From NCBI GenBank assembly GCA_964429275.1, contig CAYSBJ010000001.1, positions 451,776-515,775 on the forward strand: a DNA stretch of 64,000 nucleotides. Direction: 5' to 3'. The notes under the pieces were generated by a model. It did no database searches and was not told where the DNA came from. It saw only the letters and a program-made list of their open reading frames with translations. A program made the translations under genes and the position numbers. This document shows positions 32,701-39,544 of this stretch, in pieces. Numbering within the stretch: position 1 is the first letter of the stretch; the number at the start of each line of letters is the position of its first letter. Source of the stretch: an uncultured Pseudomonadota bacterium (GTDB lineage Bacteria; Babelota; Babeliae; Babelales; JAUPTZ01).

Positions 32701-33600
32701 GAGCGGGGCAGCGCCAACGACAGTTCCGGTGACAAGTCCACGACTTGTTTCTTCGAGCTGATGGTTATATACGTAACCGCCGATAACAGCAGCACAGGAA
32801 CCGCCAGGGTTTTGGCCAAGTAGTACTGATGAAACCATTGGGAGGGAGATATTTTGCCAACCTTCAAAGCGACGAAAGTGAATGCCGTTGGCATCACGAT
32901 AGACTATCCCGGTTGTTCCGTGAGAGGGAGAACTTATAGTTCCGCATTTAACCGGTCCCATACTAGGGCTTGCGTAGCGTGCATATTTAGTGCAAGCGCT
33001 GTCAATAGGGCCGAATACGAATAAAGGATTGGATGGGCATTTATCCCATGACGTTCCCATTGGGAGAATGGGTGCTCGGCCGAATTGGTGTTCGTCGAAT
33101 TTTTCGTCTATGCTCGCAAAAGAGAGCGCGGGGCTTTGTTCTGGAAATGTAAAGCCAGTCCAATCTATTAGGCGAGACGCGCTTTTTAGTTTGCTTGCAA
33201 CACCTTCGACAAAACGAGGAATATAAATACCTCCTTTTCCGTTTCCCGATTTGTTTAAGTTGAGAGCGGCTTGGAGGTCGGTGGTTATATCTGAGTAAGA
33301 TGCTACAGAGATAGCGTCGGTGATGGGCTGAAAATTGCTTTTCATAGAAGGAAATTGGGTTCCGTATGCTTCCCATGTATCGAAAGCTTGCCATGCATAT
33401 AAGATTTCAAGCACTGGTGTTTTTAAAAGGGCGGTGTTGTACCCGTCAAGGGCACCAAGGCCAGGCATGTTTAAGGTCTTATCAATTCCTTTGAGTTGTC
33501 GCGTTATTGGTCCCCAATAGCTTTGTATGCTTATAGCTTTTATACCTGCAGCAAAGAACAAAACCATGGTGAGGAGTAGTGACTGTATGCGATGCATCAT
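17728..33600 (-). CDS. Giant exported protein (5290 aa): about six beta modules followed by about 16 helical repeats
   Basis: Uninterrupted 15.9-kb ORF, AAAGGA SD, signal peptide MMHRIQSLLLTMVLFFAAGIKA, internal NRDEL-type repeats. Confidence 0.9.
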   Translation of the reverse strand: MMHRIQSLLLTMVLFFAAGIKAISIQSYWGPITRQLKGIDKTLNMPGLGALDGYNTALLKTPVLEILYAWQAFDTWEAYGTQFPSMKSNFQPITDAISVASYSDITTDLQAALNLNKSGNGKGGIYIPRFVEGVASKLKSASRLIDWTGFTFPEQSPALSFASIDEKFDEHQFGRAPILPMGTSWDKCPSNPLFVFGPIDSACTKYARYASPSMGPVKCGTISSPSHGTTGIVYRDANGIHFRRFEGWQNISLPMVSSVLLGQNPGGSCAAVIGGYVYNHQLEETSRGLVTGTVVGAAPLHILATDRFGWGHMSLSMPAGGTISPTSGQEGERYIPGAALPIEAIGPDIRLIHSHTNATGWFDNPQCIDTFMCAWNTTGITLSAKKTGFPMQPDFNCDGCYRYRGGSIQTYKYYDDNNTMQSIPVSASLDTAGAPYPGVAGKQLPLWFAFDRTENGISYKMGTGTPQSEADITNGSNAAGPITTMYSNKSSLALSPYLRNFAFTSLNTPSSVLNIQSRYLNPAQKFCTPPFCGGRFLFWRDAWQLPNPTSFTLTFKARGSNVQVAFGTPTPTARAANNAGFDVSYNYAIRASSKSITIEKGANGPITNQSGGNPAPGSKSLTPRTLTTSTLVTAPGLIVDNNETYNDYWISMNNGNIQFGTGIYPGKNVCATATDATTPLPNNYYYCFSGDVRSTDYINIQASSYALAITTGTSNSAETTPNNGQYSFWQPTQVFPTAGRGALVLNYVNTATSTDPNPLLMLGLTTSTTAKQLLKNTQATNIPGAAAVQQQAIVPDYQIQWGTNGNTSHQILAKANTVMTTTVPVNPDGTPGAPVIPTSSTPHSIWVAYNNGTIAYGNGSIIGQNLMSIWSDPSPSTNAPSIDAFIVATQSPTMQISVTNVQSIPDQASYRANPGSIPTLQPLWQFNTPNSGAINFSVSSGADPDSGAGASKVKSTSSGNGTAQIGLCSNGANAATSPVYEIVLNEVDGTAYVRKQTVKQPSSVVVLAPNQVPTTNGTQYWTAFQNGTILLGTGLNPLDTSSLILSWQDSTFTSAATNADAATTPPITQFTLSAANNAVTFNNISIPEFSPYATAFTNTGQTLQQRAATQLAWGNSAATLSLTSVNTNLLYWHQQLQFNQPGSTSFAYTVQKKDNNPLTLYIGLSDSLPSQAGTTPLSGAKYYLTLTDTGTIQLTNGQNATAPAATDVANNPSSISNVAALKKLLDGNAHTLWVGITTTNVAATSTTSATTVTTIKVGIDSTQGTSPIFTYQLVPTTTMAAQKSNVKLPIILGYFGLGGNSSGVDFSAIQTGVFSDPTTYTTTGTGQFIWQKSWAFGQPDEESISFTLQAQAPTGSQSNQPVAIIGLTTSTGAASTATGSAPFNGASYVISIDYTQQVSVMKAPNFTTRLGNVLYSRQNPDGTSPFTPTALNTTPCSANISDNKPHACTLSFDHGLMRLSIAPAGTTATPQPAQQVVWTFADSSPITGISQFSFTSTNNTLLLTNIATLGAQSLDTVQGTFARLLTTLATTPSTVVTELTSVVAQRLHVADAQSASFFLSNVVQVLNDNAEVFTDADRTTIADVLTTALPEPLLQVNGQASSVLTSCIATMTGKLNWPAVIYRYYTDIPEQSGVPAKQSQINAVFNPTKVNLVPTTAAPAGIPTPLAATDPRRILLMYKIALLSSLPNSALNMPAPAGQTTIPSVLLGIQQLTPALIPFGTFLTPAEQKIIASLNTLNKPSGILSNTQDPASILALMPSIADRNMQISSLEGLLAAQYNALANPSISNPVTPLSTTAAAGQASQVQQIMNWLFVIAYNRDELTNAGQKSLLLALQLTQALPFFKGITVDANTFNSVVASTTNIAATSTIATSPTVTLASGAIASIAALPGIPDLVALANTPVNFSYQVAKLVAQQSVIAVASTNDQKRMSFFQTLSLIPTSTASMLPADVTTLNTKVVTPLQGIPLATTAVATGILTESAVISNLAAFLAANANNIEQILKNTQDPSTILALVPTLTDPCEQVTALQTLLTAQRTAAATATPTSPVTPLSRAQCTDILTLLYSIVCNRDALDAPSLQNLRTTLQIAAATPGLSNLTISDTGIPANANNNTAAIPNIFYQVPAPSSPAAISLTPLTPAITTDSILPGQSVPTSYDLTTALGISVPFSSQVEKLVSQMRSVITYPSNDARRQQFFKYLGMVGNTSAIMDQTSLGILNTKVLVPLQNSTLTNTESSIITTFINLINNPSTINSKALANVQSPANLIATIESLAISPILNSRDAQIAAIQTLLAAVRNGTSINPGPPVTQTQYQAIINLLYLISQNRDELTETGMQQLTFTLQLAGSINGLMNSKTSLPLALPNGTTTATATSGQVILSLMPAVQYGLDSITTLATTPPSFHDCVTKLRELLPNIISLSSTDQRRAAYFQYLSNLAGATMVMQAADIATLLNVIVAPLQKTALSQSEISVLGQINTMSANLNASYAKILTNTGNPIEMLALLRIITPQVLQGTRDAQINALQALLIAQRNGSLSNPVTPLTGAQCQTIVNLLYVITQNRDELSAAGMQSLLFTLQLASANAAMSNLGTLAASPISSDDILSTLLPPTPARIADITALANTPLLFSTEVTKLTTALSTILTLADTNATRQAYFQYLSAIITAANEGTISMQPSDLASLASNVVIPLQKGVTTSSEATILSDLLTICNNVNDAYNTILRNTQDPVNMLALLSTMAPLTIQGTRDQQINAIQGLLAAQRNATSSVATLSASSPAIPALTGAHYQIILNILYLIALNRDELSSTGMQNLLTALQLAATNSELINLTTSQNVPLPTNSKTRPTATQMIAAVMPTSPASLSTITALANTPILFSAQVTKLLTSLTTVQALPSTDPSRQAYFQYLNTIIEAATNNTISMLPTDLSNLANNVIIPLQKGAPSSAEATTLANLLTICNNVNDANSAVLNNTQDPASMLALLYTLAPATLQGTRDQQVAALQNLLIVQRNAASSTTALSASAPAVTPLTTTQYQAIMNILYLITLNRDELSNAGMKTLLTTLQLASTNAGLSTLTTSLNVPLSTASKTQPTATQIVASLMPKSPASLSAITALANTPITFDAQVTKLLAPLTTIQTLPSDNPSRQAYFQYLNTIIEAATNDTISMLPADLSNLANNIIIPLQKGAPSSAEAATLASLLSICNDVNDANSAILKNTQDPASMLALLYTLAPATLQGTRDQQIAALQNLLNVQRNAASSTTVLSTSTPQVAPLSAAQYQAILNILYLITLNRDELSSTGTQNLLAVLQLAAINNGFRNLSTTPNTPLPTDSKTQATAAQIIASLMPTSPASISAITTLANTPIIFSAQIAKLLAPLPTIQALPSNDPSRQAYFQYLSNITNSTTAMQPSDITNMLNNVIAPLQKTPVSPNEFAILGQIRALCSNYYSSNAAATILANIQDPVNMIALLKVMVPITLQGTRDAQITALQALLTAQRNGTINSAAIAPLTQSQYQNILNLLYLITVNRDELSSNGIKILVQALQLANTNSALNTLSTASTSTTATPSVPASADDIIAALLPNTPATIASLITLVNTPFTFASQVAKVSTVTQDMILQPSTSAARQSYFQYLSMLPRTTLTVQSSDLSALNSNVVTPLSQTPLSPDEQAVITNLQQFVANAKAAGYQLGLMPLISDWGVYISTLQSMLANQGISTLFAAADYATFMNCLAILLNNREVLQASSLTPITAPANVTATPTTSASTSGAAKTSQSALMQQFMTLLNSTYQAAAFASFQNTLTSMIATAPTDHIFSDRVAYMQSEVTALATTQQKNPSDPSIPITYSNLITKLGIILNATGAMTPALFNSLQTNVITPLLALITNNPNTIVTAGMAQQIQTISNNIQSNQAAIIAQQATFAYQYSLAQLQVTNPSTYVSMLQGIISGQRQGTITFASGDAQTFLTALANVVKTRDNLSTNDLNTLSTTINFALYSDIYSNTVAQNTLQQLLTTAANPIPFADRVTKYSGQVKAMLKLQPINPERIAFFTCLDALPNAPGNQSTTTLNALQTNIITPLASSPLSSTEKTTIAALQKFYTTAQANIRSASYQMNALLGLDDINQYIDGLQDMITRQGSFFIFTPDDYATFASQVAYIVNSRELLDSNGLTKTQTLVTTTLANANFTDQSTTLAQLVPLITQPSYFNDRVTWMATEVQMLVSRDPVSTDPMLVRFFTKLNLLLTASQVNTSDQQFNILQSQVLTPLGSLTRLSPDQQNQLQSLSAQFLALKSQVLLNQTTFQYQFDLSQAQIANTDTYLGMLTNILVQQYNGSLTFSGNDAQTLLGALQALVNNRDILSTKQIATTNTLFTYCLASPVYQDKSSQATLTQLLQQLATPIPLMQLVPKYVAKVPSIIFLPSTDQARVMFFKQLNNMTQSSDQVPPTLATQITTGLLTPLNSANPSTSEQNILKNMESFVANANQKAQSVSYLLQMADDGNLDLSAYATTVASIMQQKDAPLVFSANDETTAVGAFAYICACRELLSSEQLQATRQLISNILFLGKFSSTSVTQLQTIQTTLNTPYLFQDRLNYASQEIKALRAGNANPAGNRIARLIARLGLILKATGPSTTADFNNLQAIIQQLQSMTTMPTAQMQTVNTIAAQMAANMSTILAAQQTFAYNYQQAQLLMNANNLSAYVSALLNIITLKRQNQMSFNTQDYATFIMGLTAVTDHQDAMSATDITNLKTALNYTYYSNGFASYQNQLTALNALLTTPPTFGQRVALNISKLSSIMQLDSTDPNRIQFFIDMQYLPNLSGSGILTDVQNLVTNLLAPIQTAPISATEQTTINTLNQFVASVQQQAVSLTYNLTQLAAMVKTAANTTGQDPVAALITGMNTIVGQITGGITKLNGNDYQTLVTMLTNIVTNNELLSPAQLTQVQTMLQSLQYVTGFASFQSTLTSLYNNVVIQPTFAQRVAKYVENFPQINSAPVGDPAKAQFITMVSSIFSAPGTMTPALLSTLKNQVINPIKSGNFTPDQQAQMNQLLIQHAAAETRANSFSYRLSAAQAEPTQQAEYNSLTQMINDLSAGIMTMTPSDYNAFLSELTTQVALRPLVPNTQSALYSLVALVKSAPTFSTRPDLVSTLTQLSNLLNTPVDPATRITYFTQNTMAMLGKPITNGQRKQFFTMLSQFSTDLSGLPATTLAQPAFTQLIQTLITTLNQANQSPNTQPDEQSAMTTAARELQDVTSTPTTSQTTNIPSLTNYYDVQMPSAYNNTNVALPRSSVTATAAPAAVNASAPVSRFYSAKPIQRLAQ
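23460..25680 (-). repeat. Intragenic tandem repeat with 729-bp (243-aa) period
   Basis: The GTATTG(G/A)AAGTA anchor (YFQY) recurs at 23464, 24193, 24922 and 25651; TGACGAAGCTGCATT at 23872 and 24601. Confidence 0.9.
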
Positions 33601-33766
33601 AAAGTAGAGTCCTTTGCTTACCGTAAGGATGGGTAGTTTTGTTGAACACTTTGCAGGAGTTTACGGGTTTGATGCGATTTGTTGTCAATAGACTAGACAA
33701 TTTTGCTGTTTTTATATGGTCTTAATTTGACAGACTATGATAGGTTTATGGCGATGCGTCTGTACT

Positions 33767-36700
33767 TTAGCTTGCAGGAGAAGCAGGAGAGACGATTTTT
33801 GATACCGATGATGAGGTATGTGGTGCAGAGGTTTGACCGCTTACAGCGACATCGGTTGTTGGGGCGCTTTTTGTTCTTTCTGGACTGATTAATGTCGGGG
33901 TGGTTGTGGTGCGGAGCGCATTTATAGTTAGCGCATATGCTGAGTAATCAAGGAGTGTTATATTGCTGTAGGTTGCTGCGCTATTTTGTGATGAAAGCAC
34001 AAAGCGGGTGATTGCTGTTGCATTGTCTGGATCTTGCCATTTTGTGATAATTGAGTCCGCGTTGAGTGGATCGGTGCCGCTACCAAGTACGTATAAACCA
34101 TTGTCCCAGGCTATCCAGTATGGAACTGGCTTTGAAGATGGAATTTTGCTACGGTCGAGTTTTACTATTGATGCTTCTTGTATTGTACCAGCTTGTCGCA
34201 TGTACCCATTGCCTTTGTCGTTGATAATGCATTCACAGAATGGGGAAGTTGTTGGCTGAGAATTATCGACCCATCCAATTTGAAGCATTGATGTTGTGGT
34301 GCCAGTAACGGTGAAGCTGAAACCACCTTGGTTTGGAGTTAATGATTGCCAAAATGGGTGCCAGAAGGGTTGGGCATTTGCTTGAGCGCGATACGTTCTG
34401 TAGGAAGGGAGGGCTGGCTGTGAGTGAAATGCAAAGGTCATGGATGGTGATAAACTGGTAAAACAAAAAGCGTCGATCCCTTTTGGCGGTGAAGGCTTTG
34501 GTAGCAGGGCTACTGGATCTTGCCATATACAGAGCGCATTTTTACCAATGACGTCTCCAGTCCCGTAGGCGATTAATCCGAGCTCATACATAAGCCACAT
34601 TTTGTGCCAACCGCGTTCCATATTTATTACTGGAGAAGTGGTGCCGCTGGTCTGTGGAGACATCTGAGTTGATTTAGCGATATTTGATTGAATGAATATC
34701 TGATGGCTGGTGTTTCTTGTTGTTCCGAGCTTTATTTGATAGTAAGGGGTTGTGTGGTCTTTTGGTATGTTATTATTTAGGCCGATCATTACGCTTGCAA
34801 ATGGGTCGTCTGCTCCTGCAGGTTGAGATTTGCTGCTTGTTTCTGTGGTAGTGCTTGAAGGCGAATTTTGATAGCTAAATAGAATAGCACCACGGCCTTT
34901 GACATCAAACTGTTGAATACGTGACCATTCTGTGTATGCTCCTGGTTCAGAAACTGATTGTGGAATGTAGTACGTTTGAGCATTGATATTGCAGTAGTCA
35001 GTTGGATACATGTCGCTGGAAAAGCAGTACGAGCAAATACCCGTTGTTGCATCAGGATCATATGCTACCCCTACAATTTGCTTCCCTGGGATTTTACCAA
35101 GTCCGATTTCTATGATGCCGTTGTGATAGATAACCCAGTAATCTTGATATGTTTCGATGTCAATCTCTGGTAGTGAAGAAATGTTTTTTACCACTAATTG
35201 TGTTGTTTCTTCTTCGTTTATGCCGAATGTTTTATTTGGACTGCGTGAGACAAAAGTCGGGGTCTTTGTTTTATATTTTTCTATGACGATCGGTGACGTT
35301 AACGTTGTTGTTGGTTGCGTAGAAAGTCGTATGGCATAATTATACGATGTGTCGAAAGAGGTTTTAGCGGCTGTGCGTGCTGCGGTAGTTAGTGAACTGA
35401 GAGCGACCTGCACACTAGTGCCACGGGCTGAAAATGAGACGCAAAAAGCATCCGATGTTGGAGCTTCCCATTCTTTTTGCCAGAACAAGAATTTTCCTTT
35501 GGAAAATGGTGGGGTAGAGAACTTCTGTTTTTTATTGAGTCGCTTTGATTTTATATTGTACACCGACGCCGTTGCGTTATCGGGAGAAAAGCCGAAATAG
35601 CGCAAATATGGACTGGTTATAACATTTTTTTTGTATAGGATGCGTACCTCTTTTGCATCATTGAAAAAATCATTTTCGCTCTCAGGAATGCCAGTTCCGA
35701 GAGTAAACAGGGCGCCTGTTTCATTTTTATCAAAAGCAAACCATATATCTACCTCGCGTTCGCTTGCTCCCGGGAATGGGAGTGCCGCCGGTTGATCTGC
35801 GTTAATTGAAGGATCAGCGTTTCCTGCTGATGCAGGAGCTGTTGGGCGGGGGAGCGTTACTAGTAACCCTTTTTCGTCATAATATTTGTAGTCTGGAACA
35901 CTTGTGCGGTAGTTAAGTCGTGCGTTTTCATCATTTTCCGGAAATACCGCAAATCCGCTTCCCTTGAGATCTAGCGTAGACCCTCTGGTGTTCCAATTAA
36001 AGCGGAAAAGATTGAGAGATTTTGGAGAGTCAAACCAAGACTTCCCATCTGGTTTTACGATGTAGTAAAAGTCATTTCCCGCAGCATCGAGCGGTGCATA
36101 AACGCCAGGGCAAAAGGTGGTACCGTCATTGAAGGTAGTACCCCATCCAAACCTATCAAGAGCTAGAAAATTAAGCGCGTTTTTTGTTTTAACGGTAGCG
36201 GTGATCAGTCCTCTGCCAATTTCTTCAAATTGATGTCCGTAGAAGAATGCGCTATTAAAATTTAGTGATTTGCCAGAGGCCCCAACTTGAATTGAAGAAA
36301 CCATTGGAAGAGCAATGTTTTGCCATCCCTCAAATCGTCTAAAATGTATGCCCTCTGCATCGCGATATACTATTCCCACGGTGCGCGGGTTATCGAGTGT
36401 ACCGCTACTAATAAGTGATTCTTTGCTTGCAATCACACCGTGTTCCAATTTGCTATTAAGGCTGTAGCCGGCGACGTTTTCGGGGTGCATATATCCGTTG
36501 TGTGATTTTGCAGCAATTATGGTAGGCTTTTCTCGTCGTATATAGAGGCTACCTGGCAATTGTTGCTTTCCGCTATTTGTTGATATTGTTGTGCCACGCT
36601 CTAGGGCTTGTTGCAGTTGTGCTGTGATATCGGAAAAACTTTCATGTGCGATAGACGTGGTGATCGGTTGCCAATTTTTATCAAATGTAGGGAAGCGATC

Positions 36701-37069
36701 AGTTCGCGCCCGAGCAGCATTGTATTTTGTTCTAATGTGGTAACTAGCCCCATAACTTTCCCATTGATCGTATCCGAGCCATGCATAGAGAATTTCTAGT
36801 ATAGGTTTGCGTTGAATTGTGCTTACCCACCCTTGGAAGGCATTCATCTCGTAAGAAGCACCTGTAATTGCTAGCGCCGAGCTATCTTCTTGTGTGGGTT
36901 GGTTGTCGGTGATGGCTAAGTCGTCACTGGCCTTCATGGCGGCGCTTGCTGCTGCGGTGGTATCATCAAAAAGGTCTTCAGCAAGCATCGTTTGAGATGC
37001 TTGTAGGCCTAATATTGTACAGAAAGCAGAGAGCGTGATTAGGACTAGTGATTTTTTAAAATGGAACAT
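33767..37069 (-). CDS. Exported protein (~1100 aa), paralog of the N-terminal region of the 5290-aa protein
   Basis: Likely start MFHFKKSLVL at 37069; shares LEILYAW, GIVYRDAxGIHFRRFEGWQNIxLPMVSS, DRFGWG, YKYYD, SPYLR, QKFxTPPF. Confidence 0.88.
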   Translation of the reverse strand: MFHFKKSLVLITLSAFCTILGLQASQTMLAEDLFDDTTAAASAAMKASDDLAITDNQPTQEDSSALAITGASYEMNAFQGWVSTIQRKPILEILYAWLGYDQWESYGASYHIRTKYNAARARTDRFPTFDKNWQPITTSIAHESFSDITAQLQQALERGTTISTNSGKQQLPGSLYIRREKPTIIAAKSHNGYMHPENVAGYSLNSKLEHGVIASKESLISSGTLDNPRTVGIVYRDAEGIHFRRFEGWQNIALPMVSSIQVGASGKSLNFNSAFFYGHQFEEIGRGLITATVKTKNALNFLALDRFGWGTTFNDGTTFCPGVYAPLDAAGNDFYYIVKPDGKSWFDSPKSLNLFRFNWNTRGSTLDLKGSGFAVFPENDENARLNYRTSVPDYKYYDEKGLLVTLPRPTAPASAGNADPSINADQPAALPFPGASEREVDIWFAFDKNETGALFTLGTGIPESENDFFNDAKEVRILYKKNVITSPYLRYFGFSPDNATASVYNIKSKRLNKKQKFSTPPFSKGKFLFWQKEWEAPTSDAFCVSFSARGTSVQVALSSLTTAARTAAKTSFDTSYNYAIRLSTQPTTTLTSPIVIEKYKTKTPTFVSRSPNKTFGINEEETTQLVVKNISSLPEIDIETYQDYWVIYHNGIIEIGLGKIPGKQIVGVAYDPDATTGICSYCFSSDMYPTDYCNINAQTYYIPQSVSEPGAYTEWSRIQQFDVKGRGAILFSYQNSPSSTTTETSSKSQPAGADDPFASVMIGLNNNIPKDHTTPYYQIKLGTTRNTSHQIFIQSNIAKSTQMSPQTSGTTSPVINMERGWHKMWLMYELGLIAYGTGDVIGKNALCIWQDPVALLPKPSPPKGIDAFCFTSLSPSMTFAFHSQPALPSYRTYRAQANAQPFWHPFWQSLTPNQGGFSFTVTGTTTSMLQIGWVDNSQPTTSPFCECIINDKGNGYMRQAGTIQEASIVKLDRSKIPSSKPVPYWIAWDNGLYVLGSGTDPLNADSIITKWQDPDNATAITRFVLSSQNSAATYSNITLLDYSAYALTINALRTTTTPTLISPERTKSAPTTDVAVSGQTSAPHTSSSVSKIVSPASPAS

Positions 37070-37358
37070 TTGGCGTCTTTCCAGTACTAGAATGGGTATC
37101 ATGCAATAGGCCATAGTCTAGGAGGTTTCGCCAATTTGCTGTCAATGAATCGGGGAAACTGTCGTTTTTAAGCGGTTCCTCGTGGGTATCTTGCCTTCGG
37201 ATGCGTTGGCCATATGGTGATGTGTCTGTAATTTTATCCTTAGGGCTGGTATTACATCGTCTGGTGTATTAAAATATGCGCTTATTTTGTATAACATATA
37301 GGCATATTGCGCCAAGTTGTACTACAATTTCCCGCAAATCTTAACGAGAAGGACTTTT

Positions 37359-39239
37359 ATGTCACAAAAACCATTTAGACGCTCTCGCATGCCAAACAGA
37401 GGGCCGAATGCGATCATTATTTTGGCCGCTCTACTTGCCGGATTTTTTTCTTTTCTCTGGTGGTATAACGAAAGCAATGTTGAGCCACAGCGAATTATTT
37501 ACTCTAAATTTTTAGACTATGTTGAGAAGGGGCAGGTTCATTCAGTTGTCGTTGTAGACCATGTTCATGCTCAAGGCAAATTTGCTAATGGTAAGGTGTT
37601 TGAGGTCGAAATTATCCCAAGCGCTGATTTGTGGAAGGCGCTTCGCGAGCATAAAGTACATGTAGATGTCCGCTATCCAGACGCTCAGCCATGGGGTAGC
37701 CTGTTATTATTGTTGCTCTTGCCACTACTCTTTGTTGCAGCCTTTTTTTATTTCCGAAATGTTCAGGCTGGGGGAAATGGTAAAATATTCAGTATGGGGA
37801 AGAGCAAAGCTAAGTTCTTTTCGCCAAGCGCGATGTCGGTGACGTTTAACGATGTTGCGGGGGCGCATGAGGCGAAAGAAGAGTTGCGAGATGTAGTTGA
37901 GTTTCTCAAGCGTCCTGAAAAGTTTGCCCGTCTTGGTGCGAAAATACCTCGCGGTGTTTTGTTGTGCGGTGCGCCAGGTAATGGTAAGACATTGCTTGCA
38001 AAAGCAGTAGCTGGTGAAGCGCATTGCCCATTTTTTAGTATTAGCGGCTCTGACTTTGTTGAAGTATTTGTCGGAGTGGGGGCTTCTCGGGTTCGTGACT
38101 TGTTTGCCCAAGCGCGTAAAAATGCTCCATGTATAGTTTTCATCGATGAAATTGATGCTGTTGGTCGTCAGCGTGGCGTTGGTATGGGTGGTGGTAACGA
38201 TGAACGCGAACAAACTTTGAACCAGCTTCTCTCGGAAATGGATGGTTTTACTACTCAGGCTCGTGGCGGAGTAATTGTCTTGGCGGCGACTAACCGACCG
38301 GACGTACTTGATAAGGCGTTGTTGCGGCCAGGGCGTTTCGACCGGAGCATTGAGGTTCCATACCCTGATTTGCGCAGTAGAGAGCAAATTTTGCAGGTGC
38401 ATGTTAAGAATGTACCGCTAGCTCCTGAGGTGAGCATTACACAGATTGCCCGCGGTACGCCCGGGTTCAGTGGTGCTGACTTGGAAAATTTAATCAATGA
38501 AGCGGCTTTAATGGCTTCAAAGAAAGATAAAAAGCATGTTGAGATGAATGATTTTGAGCAGGCTCGCGACCGGGTTATGTTGGGGTCTGAGCGTAAAACT
38601 ATGATATTTACTGATGAAGATAAGAAATTAACCGCGTATCATGAAGGGGGCCATACTCTCCTAAACGTGTTGCTTCCGGCGACTGATCCGTTTCATAAAG
38701 TCACGATTGTGCCCCGCGGCAGAGCGCTTGGGGTGTCTTGGTCATTGCCAGAGCGGGATCGTACGAGCGTTTCTAAGTCCTCGATGCTGGCCCGTATTCA
38801 GGTTTGCTTGGGTGGCTTGCTGGCGGAAAAGATCTTCTTTGACGAGCAAACGAGTGGTGCGGCGAGTGATATTGCCAATGCTACTAAAATTGCGCGCGAT
38901 ATGGTTTGTACGTACGGAATGTCTGCGCTGGGGCCAATTAGCTTTAGTAGTGGTCAGCCGCATGCTTATTTGGACGTACGTGGCGCGGAGGGGGACTATT
39001 CTTCTGATACGGCCCGTCGTATTGATGAAGAGGTCTCTAAGATCATTACCAAATGTCTGGAGGATGCCGAAAAACTCCTGCAGGAGCACAAGGATAAACT
39101 GGAGCTTTTAGCCATCACGCTTATTGAGCGGGAAACGATGCATGCAGCGGAGGTTTACGAGCTTTTGGGGCTCGAGCCACGGGAAACGCATCGGTTCGAT
39201 GGGGGTACCTCTGAGGGGTTTGAACCTGCAGAGGGCTAA
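37359..39239 (+). CDS. ftsH: ATP-dependent zinc metalloprotease FtsH
   Basis: Two TM segments, Walker [42 protein letters not shown]; start after AAGGA. Confidence 0.97.
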   Translation: MSQKPFRRSRMPNRGPNAIIILAALLAGFFSFLWWYNESNVEPQRIIYSKFLDYVEKGQVHSVVVVDHVHAQGKFANGKVFEVEIIPSADLWKALREHKVHVDVRYPDAQPWGSLLLLLLLPLLFVAAFFYFRNVQAGGNGKIFSMGKSKAKFFSPSAMSVTFNDVAGAHEAKEELRDVVEFLKRPEKFARLGAKIPRGVLLCGAPGNGKTLLAKAVAGEAHCPFFSISGSDFVEVFVGVGASRVRDLFAQARKNAPCIVFIDEIDAVGRQRGVGMGGGNDEREQTLNQLLSEMDGFTTQARGGVIVLAATNRPDVLDKALLRPGRFDRSIEVPYPDLRSREQILQVHVKNVPLAPEVSITQIARGTPGFSGADLENLINEAALMASKKDKKHVEMNDFEQARDRVMLGSERKTMIFTDEDKKLTAYHEGGHTLLNVLLPATDPFHKVTIVPRGRALGVSWSLPERDRTSVSKSSMLARIQVCLGGLLAEKIFFDEQTSGAASDIANATKIARDMVCTYGMSALGPISFSSGQPHAYLDVRGAEGDYSSDTARRIDEEVSKIITKCLEDAEKLLQEHKDKLELLAITLIERETMHAAEVYELLGLEPRETHRFDGGTSEGFEPAEG

Positions 39240-39247
39240 TTTGTCCT

Positions 39248-39275
39248 TTTACATTTGGTAAAAGTGTGATATCAT
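39248..39275 (+). promoter_or_regulatory. Putative promoter of rpmB-rpsT
   Basis: TTTACA-N16-TATCAT with extended -10 TG. Confidence 0.45.
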
Positions 39276-39334
39276 CTTCGCTCTTAGTGGCGAAAGCATG
39301 CAAAACTATTTTGAAGATTCAAGGAAAATAAACA

Positions 39335-39541
39335 ATGGCTAATATCTGTCGAATATGCGATAAGCGCCCACGATCAGCTAACAACGTGAGCAACGCGAAC
39401 AACAAAACGAAGCGTTGGCAATACCCCAATGTTCACGTTTTCCGATACCGTCTGAAAGGACAGACGTCGGTAGCTCGTGGAGCGGTTTGTACGAAGTGCG
39501 TTAAAGCAGGAAAAATTGAGAAAGTAATACGGGGTTCATAA
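39335..39541 (+). CDS. rpmB: 50S ribosomal protein L28 (Cys-containing form)
   Basis: MANICRICDK...NNVSNANNKTKRWQYPN...VCTKCVKAGKI. Confidence 0.93.
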   Translation: MANICRICDKRPRSANNVSNANNKTKRWQYPNVHVFRYRLKGQTSVARGAVCTKCVKAGKIEKVIRGS

Positions 39542-39544
39542 GCG

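Noticed and set aside
13464..33520. Many plus-strand ORFs antisense to the large genes
   Set aside because: Shadow ORFs from the codon bias of the long minus-strand genes; Val/Leu-rich with no motifs
17728..33600. Giant protein as RTX toxin, autotransporter, CdiA or NRPS/PKS
   Set aside because: No GGxGxD repeats, C-terminal barrel, TPS/VENN motifs or synthase motifs seen
12873..37069. tRNA-integrated genomic island or prophage
   Set aside because: No integrase, no duplicated tRNA 3' end seen, and the cluster lies upstream of the tRNA rather than at its 3' end
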